Shown here: piece by piece, positions 19,509-20,000 of the stretch
Numbering within the stretch: the stretch's first letter is position 1
Layout: every line of letters begins with the position of its first letter
Assembly (NCBI GenBank): GCA_008632985.1
Contig: QPGO01000299.1
Span: forward strand, 50,082 to 70,081
Source: Psammoneis japonica
Lineage: Eukaryota
DNA length: 20,000 nt
Direction: 5' to 3'
Made by a program: the position numbers and the translations under genes
Notes under the pieces: generated by a model
Database searches by the model: none
Seen by the model: the letters and a program-made list of their open reading frames with translations, nothing else
What the model was told of the DNA's origin: nothing

Positions 19509-20000
19509 CTCCCCAGTTTGCTTGAGGAGCCACAGAAACAGATTCGACTTCGGATGGAATGAAGTTCCAGAACATGAGGGGGCGGAGAAGGTCCCAGATT
19601 TGGGAGCAACCCCAATGCTTGCTGAGAATGTCAGCAGGATTGCGGGAGCCTTCGATGAAGTGGAACTCAAGGTGACCAGAGGCAATTGCCTCATGCACAC
19701 GGTGGAACGATAGTGCGGTGTGTCGCTTGTGTAACTTGGAGTGCGGGATGGTGGCACTGTCTACAACCGACTTGTTGTCACCGAACATGTAACTGACATT
19801 GCGGATCGGGACGCCAAGGCAGCGCAGGGTGATGCGCAGGTCGACAATCTGCTCGACACAAGTCCTTGCAGCAACAAATTCAGACCCGCAGGTCGCAGTC
19901 TCCACGGTGGCTTGCTTCTTAGAGAACCAATCAGCCGGGAATTTGTTGAGGAAGTGGAGCATTCCCATGACAGAGCGTCCGTTGAGCATGCAATGGCACA
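19456..20000 (-). CDS. Copia Pol C-terminus (RNase H), partial; frame runs into the LTR
   Basis: ORF 19456..19989 with Ty1/copia RNase H motifs; three usually conserved Tyr appear as Cys. Confidence 0.85.
   Translation of the reverse strand, partial: CHCMLNGRSVMGMLHFLNKFPADWFSKKQATVETATCGSEFVAARTCVEQIVDLRITLRCLGVPIRNVSYMFGDNKSVVDSATIPHSKLHKRHTALSFHRVHEAIASGHLEFHFIEGSRNPADILSKHWGCSQIWDLLRPLMFWNFIPSEVESVSVAPQANWGVTGFEQDSGARKMSHAV

Larger units (their letters stand above)
19233..20000 (-). mobile_element. 3' end of a younger Ty1/copia element (CoDi-like), same family as 3066-4472; continues beyond the window
   Basis: Open RNase H frame: DWFSKKQATVETATCGSEFVAAR...MFGDNKSVVDS...HRVHEAIA...NPADILSKHWG; PPT GGGGAG at 19509-19514; 3' LTR 19233-19508. 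Confidence 0.95.

Noticed and set aside
1..20000. Alternative genetic code (Cys or His codons read as Tyr, or TGA read-through)
   Set aside because: Tyr is replaced by two different residues, some TAY codons persist at conserved sites (SYMFGD, SSYQAE), non-coding signals are altered too, and frameshifts show the ORFs are dead.
1..20000. Classical fungal RIP
   Set aside because: RIP raises TpA and AT content through CpA->TpA; here TpA is depleted and CpA/TpG enriched.

Overview
Eukaryotic, repeat-dense window made almost entirely of nested, decaying transposable elements. The element families resemble those known from diatoms (CoDi-like Ty1/copia, Ambal-like LINEs with RNase H); the host assignment is inference. 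No intact host gene, RNA gene or CRISPR array is visible. Left to right: two decayed ORFs of unknown function (1-1131, 1462-2752); a decayed copia RT/RNase H plus 3' LTR (3066-4472); a heavily eroded zone (4473-8960) with a possible transposase scrap, a possible Ulp1-like protease relic and small repeats; a LINE ORF2 (APE end, RT, RNase H, Zn finger; 8972-17740) interrupted by a complete 2.48-kb non-autonomous LTR element with a GAGAT target-site duplication (11632-14113) and by a ~1-kb direct duplication bracketing a 440-bp insert; then ORF1 of a second LINE in tandem (18115-19232), cut by a younger copy of the same copia family (19233-20000, minus strand). The most striking signal is a mutational one: TpA has been converted to TpG/CpA on both strands across all TE classes, turning conserved Tyr into Cys/His. 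LTR-pair differences place these changes after integration, and the youngest copia shows them running ahead of CpG decay. This suggests a repeat-directed A:T->G:C hypermutation process, opposite in direction to fungal RIP. All counts were made by eye and all family calls rest on motif recognition, not searches.
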